Notes: generated by a model from the letters alone, not told the origin. A stretch of DNA of 64,000 nucleotides from Candidatus Heimdallarchaeota archaeon (GCA_019057815.1 JAHLWR010000004.1:96001-160000), one strand, 5' to 3'. Counted from the stretch's first letter, positions 40,565 through 51,218 are shown. A program made the numbers and translations.

Positions 40565-42223
40565 TCATTCTCTGATGACCAGAATTTTTCCTTCCAGTCC
40601 TAGCTTCTCCTTTCCTCCGCCTATTTTTTCCAACCATTCATCGTACTTCCCATCCTCAAATCTATCTCCTTCGAATATTCTTCGGAATAAAGCAATCACC
40701 ACATGAGATCCAAATCCCGCAGCTAATCTTAAAGCATAATCTACTTGCTTTGATTCTCCTCTTGAAAAATACAAATCGTTTAATTCATCATCGAGTTCCG
40801 CTAAGTTTGCAATAGGCGGGATTAATCCCTTCTCCAGAGCTTTAATTGCAACTCCATCCTCAATGTTCGCACCCATTAGGTGGCCAGTAAAACCCTTAGT
40901 ATTCGTTATAATGATATTACTCACTTTAGAGCCAAAGGTTGACCTCAGTGATCCAATTTCTGCTGCAGTTCCCCCTCCTCTTGCCGGTGTGTAGGATTCA
41001 TGAGACATAAATAGCATCGAATTGGCCATATCCTCTCTTTTTAATCTATACTCTTTTTCAATAGATGAGAAAAACTTCTCCATTTCTTTTGATATATGAT
41101 TTTTATCCATTCTTGTCCCAGTGTAAGCCGAGTTAGACACTCTAGTGCCCATCAATTCAACAATAGGTATAATTCCTCTTTTATTTGCTTCTGCTACATC
41201 TTCCATAACTAATGCAACTGATCCTGCTCCCAGTATCATCCCTTCTCTTCTTTTATCAAAAGGTAAAGCAGCATCTTCTACTTTTTCCTTAATGGAAGCT
41301 GCACCAATGGCTAAGAAACCTGTACCTATCCATTCCATCGTTTGATCACTAGTTGGATCATCTGCTCCTAAAATAATTACTCGCTTGCATCTTCCTCTTT
41401 TTATCCAATCCTCTGCAATGGATATAGCTTGGGTAGTTGACGCACAAGCTGAATTGATTTGAGTATTTGGTCCTCTTGCACCAATTATCTGAGCAAATTG
41501 AGAATTAGCCATAACCAAAGTTTTCAGCAGAAATTTACGATTGAACTCAAACTCTTCATTATTCGGTTTTTCTTTTTTAAGTAGTTCTTCAATTTTTTCT
41601 CTCTCTGAGGGATCAGAAACGAGCTCCTTCAACTCCTTAAACAATATATTTTGATTTTCCCTCATTTCTCTTCTTGTTTTATCAGAAACATAAGAAGAAA
41701 CTTCCTCAATTAAGCTATTGAAACAAGGGAAGGCAGAGGCAAAGATTACTCCTGTTTCATCCTTCATTTCTTCTGGTAACAACCAGCTGACAACTATTTC
41801 TCCATTTTTCTCTTTTTGAGGAATCAGAGGAATGTGCGCATCCTTAAGTGCTTCAAAACCAGCTCCTATTGCCAACTGTGAAGCTATGTCAAGAACCTTA
41901 AGCATGTTTTCACTTATACCATAATCTCGTACTAAGTCCATTTTCCCTATTTGAGAAGCTAATTTAACTGACTTGGATACATCTTCAATAGCTATCTTGC
42001 TTTTTTTCCCATTTACTAGTTTTACTTGACTAACTTTTTTATCACAGATTGCTTCTTGAATCTTTATAGGGATTTGTTCGATGAAATTTTTTCCATTTAA
42101 TATTGCATCAAAGTTATGATGATCAAAAACAAATCTCTCTCTACCTGGAAGGCCAATTCCGACACCTGTAATTCCTATCTTACTAGTTAGCTCATTTAGT
42201 TTCGAACCCTCTATTTTGCCCAT
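40565..42223 (-). CDS. Stand-alone beta-ketoacyl synthase (KS) domain protein
   Basis: Cys-His-His triad NSACAS / SHES / KGFTGH; PFD.RREG; AAGFGS. Confidence 0.88.
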   Translation of the reverse strand: MGKIEGSKLNELTSKIGITGVGIGLPGRERFVFDHHNFDAILNGKNFIEQIPIKIQEAICDKKVSQVKLVNGKKSKIAIEDVSKSVKLASQIGKMDLVRDYGISENMLKVLDIASQLAIGAGFEALKDAHIPLIPQKEKNGEIVVSWLLPEEMKDETGVIFASAFPCFNSLIEEVSSYVSDKTRREMRENQNILFKELKELVSDPSEREKIEELLKKEKPNNEEFEFNRKFLLKTLVMANSQFAQIIGARGPNTQINSACASTTQAISIAEDWIKRGRCKRVIILGADDPTSDQTMEWIGTGFLAIGAASIKEKVEDAALPFDKRREGMILGAGSVALVMEDVAEANKRGIIPIVELMGTRVSNSAYTGTRMDKNHISKEMEKFFSSIEKEYRLKREDMANSMLFMSHESYTPARGGGTAAEIGSLRSTFGSKVSNIIITNTKGFTGHLMGANIEDGVAIKALEKGLIPPIANLAELDDELNDLYFSRGESKQVDYALRLAAGFGSHVVIALFRRIFEGDRFEDGKYDEWLEKIGGGKEKLGLEGKILVIRE

Positions 42224-42465
42224 TTAAAATTCCTCTATCACTATTTAGTTTTGGTACATGTTGAACCATGAAATCTACTGGTTTTCAAAAATAGCTACAA
42301 TAGGTAATATATAGATAAGAGTATAAGATGATTTTATTTTTGTTTATAAAAAGATTTTGTCATCTAGCTATATTGTGAATCATAGTAAATTAAGTAAGAA
42401 ATATCAAGATAAATTGAAGGTAAAAGCAGATTTACTTATTGATGTATGGAAAATAATCATTCGAT

Positions 42466-42735
42466 TTGAATATATTTATTAGAATTAAAGCAAAAAGTAC
42501 TTTGATAGATATGCAAAAACTGGATGAAGAAACAGTAAAAAAACTCTGTTTACATATGAGAAACGGAAAAGCTAAAGGTATATGGAAGCTACAATGCTAT
42601 TTCTGCAACAAATTTGCACAGAAGAATCCAAAAAATTATTGTTTTTATAGCAAAGAAGATTTTACAGGCTGTAACATAATAAATGGATACATCAGGAAAC
42701 AGGAAGCAAAGGGCTTATCAATTTTTGAAAACTAA
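42466..42735 (+). CDS. Small Cys-containing protein (likely start 42511)
   Basis: LC...QCYFC...YC...GC pattern. Confidence 0.6.
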   Translation: MNIFIRIKAKSTLIDMQKLDEETVKKLCLHMRNGKAKGIWKLQCYFCNKFAQKNPKNYCFYSKEDFTGCNIINGYIRKQEAKGLSIFEN

Positions 42736-42841
42736 GGGAAAATGAATAAGTTAGTGGAAGTAAGTAAATTTTTTTCACACAAAACAGTTAAATTATATCT
42801 TCTTCAATTCTAATTTGGAATAGTCTGTAAAACGTGATTTT

Positions 42842-43954
42842 ATGACAGATGATGAAGTAAAACCAGATCCAAAAATTAGTTTTTTCTTAAAAAATATTGG
42901 CATACTAATTAAAATGAAAAGAGCGAATAGAAAAAGAATATTGAAGTTTGTAAATAATACACCTAATCTTAAAGAACCACTTATACCAAAATATGAGGGT
43001 AATGCTGGTCCTATGGAGGAGGGGATGATTTATGTTATGTTTAATTCTGAAGGTAAAACTTCATCCTCAGAAATTGATACTGTATATAGATTCTTTTGGG
43101 TGGATGCACCAGATCTTAGATTTTCAGTTATTGATGGTTTTTTAATCTCAGAGAAGTTTAAAGATGAACATTGGGAAACATTATATCCAAGAGGGATTTT
43201 AAAGAATAAGACTAAAGATAGATACCATCAAGAAGCGTTTGAAGAAGAAGTAGAAAAGTTAATCGATGGAACATGGGAAGAAGGTTATACATTTAATTTC
43301 AATGACAAGAAAATAGGTGTATCTGCTAAACTAAAATATGAACCTTTATCAAAAAGTGTTTTAACATATTATGGTGGAAAACTGGCTGTTTGCCCAACAT
43401 TAGCTCAAAGATTCTATGATATGTTTGCATTCAAAGTAACAGGAGAAATAGATGTAAGAGGAGAAAAGATTATACTAGAAAATGGTCGAGGAATAATTGA
43501 GCATGGGACAGGGATATTTTCAAATCTAAGCATATATGATTGGCGATGGTTGAATCTTCAGTTTCCAAACGGTGCAATTCATATTTTTTACCATTCTCTG
43601 GACTTAAAAGAAGGCATCATTGAGGGAGGTGAAGGTGCTTTAGTAATTGATGGGGAATGGTATCATTTTCAAAGAGGAGATTTTCAAGTAGACGAAGTAA
43701 AATATAGTGAAGATGAAAATATACCCTCAAAAGTTGCGACAGAGTGGAGAGTAACGGGAGGGAAAGACGTAGAAAGCAACCCCCTACTAGATTTGAAAGT
43801 TACTTCTACTGCAAAGATTTCGTGGCTTGGAACGCATGGAAAAGAAAATCAAACGTTAACAAACTATGTCATAGAAGCAGAAGGAACTTGGAAAAAGAAA
43901 GAAATCAAAGGGAAAGGAACGATGGAAAATCAACAGCACAGAATAATAGAGTAA
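42842..43954 (+). CDS. Hypothetical beta-barrel protein, CrtC/AttH/tocopherol-cyclase-like
   Basis: VTGEI...GRGIIEH.TG...WRWLNLQF...GKGTMEN two-barrel pattern. Confidence 0.5.
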   Translation: MTDDEVKPDPKISFFLKNIGILIKMKRANRKRILKFVNNTPNLKEPLIPKYEGNAGPMEEGMIYVMFNSEGKTSSSEIDTVYRFFWVDAPDLRFSVIDGFLISEKFKDEHWETLYPRGILKNKTKDRYHQEAFEEEVEKLIDGTWEEGYTFNFNDKKIGVSAKLKYEPLSKSVLTYYGGKLAVCPTLAQRFYDMFAFKVTGEIDVRGEKIILENGRGIIEHGTGIFSNLSIYDWRWLNLQFPNGAIHIFYHSLDLKEGIIEGGEGALVIDGEWYHFQRGDFQVDEVKYSEDENIPSKVATEWRVTGGKDVESNPLLDLKVTSTAKISWLGTHGKENQTLTNYVIEAEGTWKKKEIKGKGTMENQQHRIIE

Positions 43955-44167
43955 AAAGTGCTTTCATTGATGTAATAACAGTAGGAGTTCAACTAATATT
44001 CTTCTTATCACTTACTCCATGTTAGCAAGCAAAAAACAAACTTCTAGTGTTTCAAAAAAAGGAGGAAAAATAGTTTTCTCTCATCTTTTGTTTTTCATAC
44101 TGATTTTTTATGCTTAGAAAAGGACAAAAATTTTTATGCTTTTATCTTTTTCATTTTAAACAAGGAA

Positions 44168-44875
44168 ATGGAAACTGCTCAAATAACAATATTACTGATG
44201 TTTGGTATTGTTTCATTAATTCATTTGATTGGAGAATTTTTGCACAATAAAAACATCATAAAAGTTGAGATAATTCGATATATTACAAAACCTCTTCTTA
44301 TGCCTTTGTTAATGTTGTTTTATACAATAAAGAATCCATCTATTAACTGGTGGATTGTAATTGCTTTGATTGGAGGTTTTTTTGGGGATGTATCTCTAAT
44401 GCTTCCAGATCCCAAGAAAACAAAAAAATGGTTGAAGATTGGTTTGATATCTTTCTTATTAGGGCATATTTTCTATATCGTGGCCTTTGTAATAGAAGCA
44501 GAAGGTTTTACAGAGTATAAATTGTGGAGCATATTTATAGCCTTTCCTTTTGTCATAGCTGGTTCAATCATCCATCCAAAACTAACTAAACATACTGGAG
44601 AAATGACTCTAGCAGTATCGATCTATGTTTTAGTTATTACAGCTATGGGAATAAGCACAACATTCCTTTTTGGAGTTGGGGATTTAAATAGTGTTTTAAT
44701 GGTGTTTTTTGGAGCATGGTTTTTTGCGGTTTCTGATACAATTAATGCGTATGTTAAATTTGTAAAGCAATTTAAGTATGAAAGAACCATTATAATGTTA
44801 ACTTATATCACTGGACAATTCTTGATAATTCTTGGGATAATGATTATCAATTCAGCTATTGTTTTTCCAATATGA
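44168..44875 (+). CDS. Lysoplasmalogenase (YhhN/TMEM86) family
   Basis: KPLLMP, GDVSL, FLLGHIFY, FAVSD, TYITGQ. Confidence 0.92.
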   Translation: METAQITILLMFGIVSLIHLIGEFLHNKNIIKVEIIRYITKPLLMPLLMLFYTIKNPSINWWIVIALIGGFFGDVSLMLPDPKKTKKWLKIGLISFLLGHIFYIVAFVIEAEGFTEYKLWSIFIAFPFVIAGSIIHPKLTKHTGEMTLAVSIYVLVITAMGISTTFLFGVGDLNSVLMVFFGAWFFAVSDTINAYVKFVKQFKYERTIIMLTYITGQFLIILGIMIINSAIVFPI

Positions 44876-45003
44876 AATAAATGCATTGATTTGCTCTTCT
44901 CCAAGATTGGTTTAACTTTAAAGGATTTGACATTTTTGACAAATCAAATCATCACTCTTCTTTCTTGTAAGAGTTTTTAAATAAACATTTAGTATCCTCT
45001 ATT

Positions 45004-45498
45004 TTAGCGAGAATGCCTATCTCTACCAAAATATTCCTCTATTTGAACTGCATGACCTCCTTCGTGACCAAGTCCCCTGTATCTATATTCAAAGAGAGAT
45101 TCAACAGTTATTTTGCTTCCGTCTTTCCATGTAAAACCTGAATCGTGTTCCCATTTTTGACAAGTGAAAGATTCTAATTTTTTAATCAGTTTGTTGAAAG
45201 ATGACTTCCATTCGTCAATAACTTCTTGTAAAGTGTAAGATTTTCTAGAGTTGACTTGTATTTTATTGAATTCTTCTTCATTCTTAGTTCGAAACCATAA
45301 ATCTTCATTTTTTAGAACTACATCAATTGATTTTCCAATCTCGAAATTCCATGCAGTTAAATGAGCAAGAATATCCTTAATATTCCAAGCTTTTACAATC
45401 TGATGTTGTAACATTTCTTCTTTGTGCAGAGAGTTTACAATGAATTCCATTTTTTGATGATTTTCATTCAGAAATTCGATTGTTTTATTCTTATTCAT
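45004..45498 (-). CDS. DinB/ClbS-like four-helix bundle protein
   Basis: WNIKDILAHLTAW, HEGGH. Confidence 0.85.
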   Translation of the reverse strand: MNKNKTIEFLNENHQKMEFIVNSLHKEEMLQHQIVKAWNIKDILAHLTAWNFEIGKSIDVVLKNEDLWFRTKNEEEFNKIQVNSRKSYTLQEVIDEWKSSFNKLIKKLESFTCQKWEHDSGFTWKDGSKITVESLFEYRYRGLGHEGGHAVQIEEYFGRDRHSR

Positions 45499-45647
45499 TT
45501 CAAGTTTATCTTATTAAACAAATTCTTTATCTTTATGGTTTGAATTAAGATCATCTTTTTGCGATGTTTGTCTTCAATCTTACTTATTTAATAGGGAAAT
45601 ATTATTTAAAAGTAAGAAAAATAAAAAAGAAAGAACAATACTTTGTT

Positions 45648-46622
45648 TTAGCTTTCACTGAACCAATCCAAGGTATCTTTTATCGCTACTCTATGAGCTG
45701 TATGTTCTGTTGTATTGAATGTTGAAGCGTATTTTGTTCCATCAATTATAAATGGAAATTTCCATTCATAAGCTAGCTCTTTAAGTTCCTTCACAATAGG
45801 TACGAATAGTCCCAAAAATTTAATTGAATTTTCACTCAAAACTTTCATTTTAGGTTCTTGATTCAATTCTTGAAAGATCATTGAAATGAATTCCCGTCCT
45901 GTAACAGGTTCAGCTCCTTCAATATGCCAAATTTGTCCATAGGAATTGGGATTATTGGCAACTGTTACTATCCCTTCTGCAGCATCACGAATATACATCA
46001 TTGAATGTTTTTTATCTAAATCCAACAACCATGTGGCTGGTTTATCTTTGACTGGATTTTCAAGTAGAGGTTTAGTAAAACCATTGACTACATTAGGTCC
46101 ATAGAAATCTCCAAATCGAGCGATAACAGCTTTGATTTCTCCCTTATTATGAGCATTTAAAATCTGCTCAGCTAAACGTTTACGGAGCTCTCCTTTCTTA
46201 CCTTTGGCACTTAAGGGATGTGCTTCAGATATTTTATCATTATGCATTTTACCATACATGTACAAGTTATCGGCATAAACTAGATTAGCTTCAGTTGTTT
46301 TAACAGCTGAAAGAATGTTGTTATTAATAATAGGGAACTCCTTTAACCATTTAGTATATGGAACATTAACACAATGATAAACAATTTTTGCACCTTTAAC
46401 AGCTTCCAAAGTTTGTTTTTTATCCATCATATCTGCAGTTCTGATTTCTACATCAAAGCCATCGAAAATTTTCTTAGCTTTTTGGTAATTTCTTGTTACC
46501 GCAACTACTCGTATTCCTTTCTTTGCAAGTTCAATAACCACAGCTGATCCTAGACCACCTGTAGCACCTAACACTACTGAAATTTCATCGGTATTTATCT
46601 TACTTTGACTTCCTTCACTCAT
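45648..46622 (-). CDS. NAD-dependent epimerase/dehydratase (atypical SDR)
   Basis: GATGGLG, DNLYMYG, KGELR, RFGDFYGP; start moved to 46622 because the extension overlaps the operators. Confidence 0.9.
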   Translation of the reverse strand: MSEGSQSKINTDEISVVLGATGGLGSAVVIELAKKGIRVVAVTRNYQKAKKIFDGFDVEIRTADMMDKKQTLEAVKGAKIVYHCVNVPYTKWLKEFPIINNNILSAVKTTEANLVYADNLYMYGKMHNDKISEAHPLSAKGKKGELRKRLAEQILNAHNKGEIKAVIARFGDFYGPNVVNGFTKPLLENPVKDKPATWLLDLDKKHSMMYIRDAAEGIVTVANNPNSYGQIWHIEGAEPVTGREFISMIFQELNQEPKMKVLSENSIKFLGLFVPIVKELKELAYEWKFPFIIDGTKYASTFNTTEHTAHRVAIKDTLDWFSES

Positions 46623-46638
46623 TTTTATCACATTCCTT

Positions 46639-46706
46639 ATCGAACGGTGTTCGTTTAACTTTTGTTCGCCAGACATTTAAATGTTTCTAAACGAACACTG
46701 TTCGGT
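46639..46706. promoter_or_regulatory. TetR operator pair in a divergent promoter
   Basis: CGAACGGTGTTCG (46641-46653), CGAACACTGTTCG (46692-46704) and half-site TGTTCG (46663-46668). Confidence 0.8.
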
Positions 46707-46744
46707 TATGCAAAACTTAATAAGGGGATAGGAGAAGTGGGTGT

Positions 46745-47392
46745 ATGGATAAAACAAAGAAAAAGAGAGCACGTTCAGAAGAAGCAAAAGAGAAACAATT
46801 TAAACGGATAGTTGATGCAGGAAGGGAATTATTTCTAGAATATGGCCCAGAAGGTGTAAGTATGCGTTCATTAGCAAAGAAGCTAAACATGGGTCAGGCG
46901 AGTCTCTATACTTACATTCCAAGTAAAAGGGAGCTGTGGTTTGCAATAATGAGAAATGATTTCAGCATATTTGAGAATGGGATGGGAGAAATCATGCAAT
47001 CTCACAGGGGTAATAACATAGAATTATTGGAAAAAATCGCCAAATATTATCTGAAGTTTGCTCAAGAAGATGAACGAAGATATAGGATGATGTTTCAAAC
47101 CCCAGCACCATCTTCTAAAAATACAGGACCATTCGAGCTTCAATATGATTCGCATTCGATCTATTATTTAAAAGAAATAGTTCAAAAAGCCGTTGAAGCT
47201 GGAGAAATCAAAGAAAAAGATGTAGGTAAGCTTTCATTTTTCATTTGGGGAATAGTGCATGGAACTGTAAGTGTTATCCATACAGAATTCTTCGGTGAAA
47301 GGGCAAAAATACCTGATGTTGGAAGTATAGAAGAGTATCACAGTTTTATTCTGAAATATATAAAAAAAATACTTAATGATCTACTAAGTTGA
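46745..47392 (+). CDS. TetR/AcrR family regulator (WHG-like C-domain)
   Basis: SMRSLAKKLNMGQASLYTYIPSKREL; WGIVHG. Confidence 0.93.
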   Translation: MDKTKKKRARSEEAKEKQFKRIVDAGRELFLEYGPEGVSMRSLAKKLNMGQASLYTYIPSKRELWFAIMRNDFSIFENGMGEIMQSHRGNNIELLEKIAKYYLKFAQEDERRYRMMFQTPAPSSKNTGPFELQYDSHSIYYLKEIVQKAVEAGEIKEKDVGKLSFFIWGIVHGTVSVIHTEFFGERAKIPDVGSIEEYHSFILKYIKKILNDLLS

Positions 47393-47527
47393 TGATTATA
47401 TGGAAACCTTTTCTAGAAACCCTTTCTCCATATTTGACTGTTAAATTAATTAGAGAAACAAAAACCATTAGCTTGTCAAACTTCAATAGAAAAAATTAAT
47501 AATTTAAGACCTATTTCTGAATTACTA

Positions 47528-48682
47528 ATGGGAAAAGATTTCGCAAATCTCAAGATGTTCGTGCTGATTTTCATACTTATTATCTTGGGTAATTTAAACT
47601 ATCATATAATTGGAGCTAGCTCTTTTGAGAAAAATGATATTTCACATCTACTGTCCTTTAATAGTTTTGATTTAGAATTTAATGAAACAAATGCTTATGA
47701 TCATATCTCAACTCAGCTAGGATTTGGTTTTCGTGTTCCTGGAAATTCTGCACACACAAATTGCTCAAATTGGATAATAAGTCAAATACAATCTACTACA
47801 AGCTTGGTTTCAACTCATGAATTTACTATACAAAAAGAAGGCGAACCTAGTTATAACTGTCAAAACATTCTCGGAAAGATTAACCCAGACAGAGAAAACA
47901 TAGTTATTTTTGGAGCACATTGGGATTCTCGAAATGTATCCGAGAAGGCTTTAACAAATAGAGAAAAACCAATACCTGGAGCTAATGATGGCGGTTCAGG
48001 TGTAGGAGTTTTGATTGAATTAGCAAGAGTTCTTTCTCTTTACCAAAGCAATCTTGATAGCCAAATCTGGTTTCTTTTTATTGATGCAGAAGATCAAGGA
48101 TATACTCAAGGAATGTATGGAATACAAGGATGGGATTATTGTGAAGGTTCTAGAGTGTTTGTGGAAGATATAGATGATTTCTATGATTCGTCTTCTGAGA
48201 GTTTTGAATGTTTTATTTTGTTGGATATGGTAGGTGGAACTAACCTTGAATTCATTAAGGAATCGAGATCAGATGATGATCTGCATGAGAGTATATTCAA
48301 TGAAGGAAGAGCTCTAGGTTATAACCAATCATTTCCTGGCGAAGCCAAAACTATGGCAATTAAGGATGATCATCTTGCTTTTATGAATATTGGAATGCCA
48401 GTTATAGATTTAATTATTGATTTTATTTATGGTGAATGGACATATCATCATACAATCTCTGATGACCTAAGTAACATAGATTCGGAAAGTCTAAAAATAA
48501 CCGGAAGAACACTTGAATCATTTATTAAAAACTACTATTCAATAGGTACAGAACAGAACTGGAGAGATGAGTTTCCAAAATGGTTATACATTTCATTATT
48601 TGTTGGTTCAGGGCTATTGTTGGTTATTGTTGGAATTGTTCTCAAAAAGAGAATATGGCCTGGTAATTCGATCTTAAAATGA
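47528..48682 (+). CDS. Membrane-anchored M28 peptidase, glutaminyl-cyclase-like
   Basis: AHWDSR, GANDGGSG, DAED, LDMVG, DDH, HHT; C-terminal TM. Confidence 0.92.
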   Translation: MGKDFANLKMFVLIFILIILGNLNYHIIGASSFEKNDISHLLSFNSFDLEFNETNAYDHISTQLGFGFRVPGNSAHTNCSNWIISQIQSTTSLVSTHEFTIQKEGEPSYNCQNILGKINPDRENIVIFGAHWDSRNVSEKALTNREKPIPGANDGGSGVGVLIELARVLSLYQSNLDSQIWFLFIDAEDQGYTQGMYGIQGWDYCEGSRVFVEDIDDFYDSSSESFECFILLDMVGGTNLEFIKESRSDDDLHESIFNEGRALGYNQSFPGEAKTMAIKDDHLAFMNIGMPVIDLIIDFIYGEWTYHHTISDDLSNIDSESLKITGRTLESFIKNYYSIGTEQNWRDEFPKWLYISLFVGSGLLLVIVGIVLKKRIWPGNSILK

Positions 48683-48754
48683 AAAAGAAATAGTTTCTTA
48701 TATAGCGCAAGATGGGATAAAGTTAGAATATTAACTATTTCTTTGTTTTTCTTT

Positions 48755-50554
48755 TTAGTTACCAATCTCTTCTGATTTTTCTTCTTGCTCACCAACTGTT
48801 TCAACTTCGTCCTTGATTTGATAGTCTGTATCTATTAGATAATCACAATGAAGGTTGAATGGTAAGTATACAAGTTCTTCATATCCCTCTTTCTTTGCTA
48901 GCTTATTAATTTCTGGGATGAAAATTGAATATGGATCATTGAACTTTGGAGAAAGTAATCTATTCATATCAAATTGAGCAAGCTCTCCATCAAGTGCTAG
49001 AGAAAGATTTGTTAAGTATATTTCTATTTCAGTTGATAGTTTTGGAGGAAATATTAGCAATTTTTCTTCTAGAATTTCTCCCATTGTCTGTTTAAATTGT
49101 TCTTTAGTAATTTGACCCATGAACAAGCTTAACAGATATCCCATAAGGGAGAAAGCAAAAGCTTTTCTTGGCTCGTATTTGGCATATCCAGAGAGTAAAA
49201 TCAAATTATTGGCATATTTTGCAATATTATCAAAAATGTTATTATTAATTTCCAAAGTTAATTTAAGCATTGTATACAGACCATTGACTCTTGGATATCT
49301 TTTCATCGCTTCATCTGTGAAGAATGTAGAGTACTCACTTTCAACACGTTTCAAAGGTTCTGTAATCCTCCCTTTTACAGCTAACACTCCTGAATAGAAA
49401 ACAAGTTCCTCCAACATCAATGCTATCCCATCAGCTATTCTACTATCCAGGAAATTGGGGTCTTCCATCATTGGCTTGTATTTTTCTAGATACTTGAAAA
49501 GATCAGGCATAACAGTTTTATTCAATATGTTAAGTTCTGACATGTTTTCTTCTCGTATCACTCTGAACACTGTATACATTGCTTGAACATATACTTTTGT
49601 GACTTGTATCTCTTCTATTGTCTCTTTAATTGTAGGATCGTTTAAAGGATCGTCATTAATATCAAAGAAACCATTTTTCACATGTTCTTTAAAGTCTGAA
49701 ATATAAAACTGAACTTGTTCTAGAATTCTTTCTATCATGTTGAAATATTCATCTTCATTGTAAATATTGAATAACTCTTTATTTACTTCAACTTCAAGGG
49801 AATCGTCAAAAAAGAACCTAGCTAATTCCATCAGATATGTCAAAATGTAATCAATACCAATGAAACTGGCATAATAGACAGAATAGTTAGGTTTGGGTTC
49901 TTTGCGATATTTCTTATCTAGTTCAATATTTTTTTGGACATTCCAAAAGTGGTCAACATATCGAAGATATTGTTCGCTAGCTTTCAAAGCTTCAGTTAAC
50001 CAATGCTCTAAATCGCTTTTATAAATGAAATGCAAAGAATCACAAAGAGTGAAAAAGAAAGTATAAGCAGAATTGAGATAGTTAAGGATTAATTTACGTC
50101 TTTTTGAAAACTCTGGATGATCCCACTCAACCATGAGGTTTTTTACGTCTAATGTTTGGATACCTATCAAAGCATTAGCTAGAGCCTGAGCCGTTCCAGC
50201 GACTTTTAATTCTCCACCATGACCATAAGTATTAGCATACATTGAAGCATATGAGAGTCTAAAGAGTTCTAACTCATACCATTGTAATATCAAATCATCT
50301 TGACTCATATTATTCATAATATCATTAATTCTACTCAGGAATTTTTCAAAAAAGTTTGTAGCTTCAATGGATTTGCGTAGATAAATAGCTTCATCAGGTA
50401 TCTCGCTTTGAATGTGCTTTAAAGCATCAAGTTTCTGGGTTATTAAAATACCTACACGAGTTTTAGAATACGTTCTCCAATTTGTATTATCCACTATAGT
50501 TTTAATTTCGTCCATTATATCTAGGATATCTTGGAATACGTATTTATCGGACAT
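48755..50554 (-). CDS. Large helical hypothetical protein
   Basis: 599-aa ORF, no motif recognised. Confidence 0.75.
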   Translation of the reverse strand: MSDKYVFQDILDIMDEIKTIVDNTNWRTYSKTRVGILITQKLDALKHIQSEIPDEAIYLRKSIEATNFFEKFLSRINDIMNNMSQDDLILQWYELELFRLSYASMYANTYGHGGELKVAGTAQALANALIGIQTLDVKNLMVEWDHPEFSKRRKLILNYLNSAYTFFFTLCDSLHFIYKSDLEHWLTEALKASEQYLRYVDHFWNVQKNIELDKKYRKEPKPNYSVYYASFIGIDYILTYLMELARFFFDDSLEVEVNKELFNIYNEDEYFNMIERILEQVQFYISDFKEHVKNGFFDINDDPLNDPTIKETIEEIQVTKVYVQAMYTVFRVIREENMSELNILNKTVMPDLFKYLEKYKPMMEDPNFLDSRIADGIALMLEELVFYSGVLAVKGRITEPLKRVESEYSTFFTDEAMKRYPRVNGLYTMLKLTLEINNNIFDNIAKYANNLILLSGYAKYEPRKAFAFSLMGYLLSLFMGQITKEQFKQTMGEILEEKLLIFPPKLSTEIEIYLTNLSLALDGELAQFDMNRLLSPKFNDPYSIFIPEINKLAKKEGYEELVYLPFNLHCDYLIDTDYQIKDEVETVGEQEEKSEEIGN

Positions 50555-50750
50555 TTAAGTGACCTTCAAGAGGTTGTTCTATTTTCTACTAATCATTCTT
50601 GGAAGTTAAGTGGTTTCTTTTAAACTTAATCAATAATTCTTTTCTATTATTTCAAGCTTATTCTTAAGGTAATGAAATAAATTAGAAAATATCTCAAAAT
50701 AGAACTAAAATTCAATAATGATCTTTAGCTCAGAAAGGAAGAAAACAAAT

Positions 50751-51218
50751 TCATGTAGTGGATACTGGTCTTTTTTTATTGTATTCTATTTGAAATTTGA
50801 TTATATGTTGGAGCAAAAAACTTTGGAAATCCTCAGTTATGTAGTATACACCTTCATTTATCATGCTATCAAGATTTAAGGATAAAATTTCTTCTTCAAG
50901 AGTTTTAAGAAAACTCTTAATAGCTCTTTTTCTCACTCTTGGAGGAACCCCAACAACATAGAAGAAAGATCCTACATCTTTGAAATAATATAGAATGTCA
51001 GCCATTTGTATACTATAGAGCTCTGTCCCAAGTTCTCTTGCAAAGGCTATTATAGCTGCACTAAAACCAGAAAAAAGGATCTCATCCATTCGGCTTTCTT
51101 CGAAGCGACGATGAAATATAATTATCCCACTTTGCTCTACAATAGAAAATTGAAGAATAGGTGTGATAGGTTTCCGTTTTCTAGTTCGTGTAGATGTAAA
51201 TTTCTCTCTTTTACTCAT
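50751..51218 (-). CDS. Longin-like domain protein
   Basis: FSIVEQSGIIIFHRRF...DEILFSGFSAAIIAFAREL..ELYSIQM pattern. Confidence 0.7.
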   Translation of the reverse strand: MSKREKFTSTRTRKRKPITPILQFSIVEQSGIIIFHRRFEESRMDEILFSGFSAAIIAFARELGTELYSIQMADILYYFKDVGSFFYVVGVPPRVRKRAIKSFLKTLEEEILSLNLDSMINEGVYYITEDFQSFLLQHIIKFQIEYNKKRPVSTT

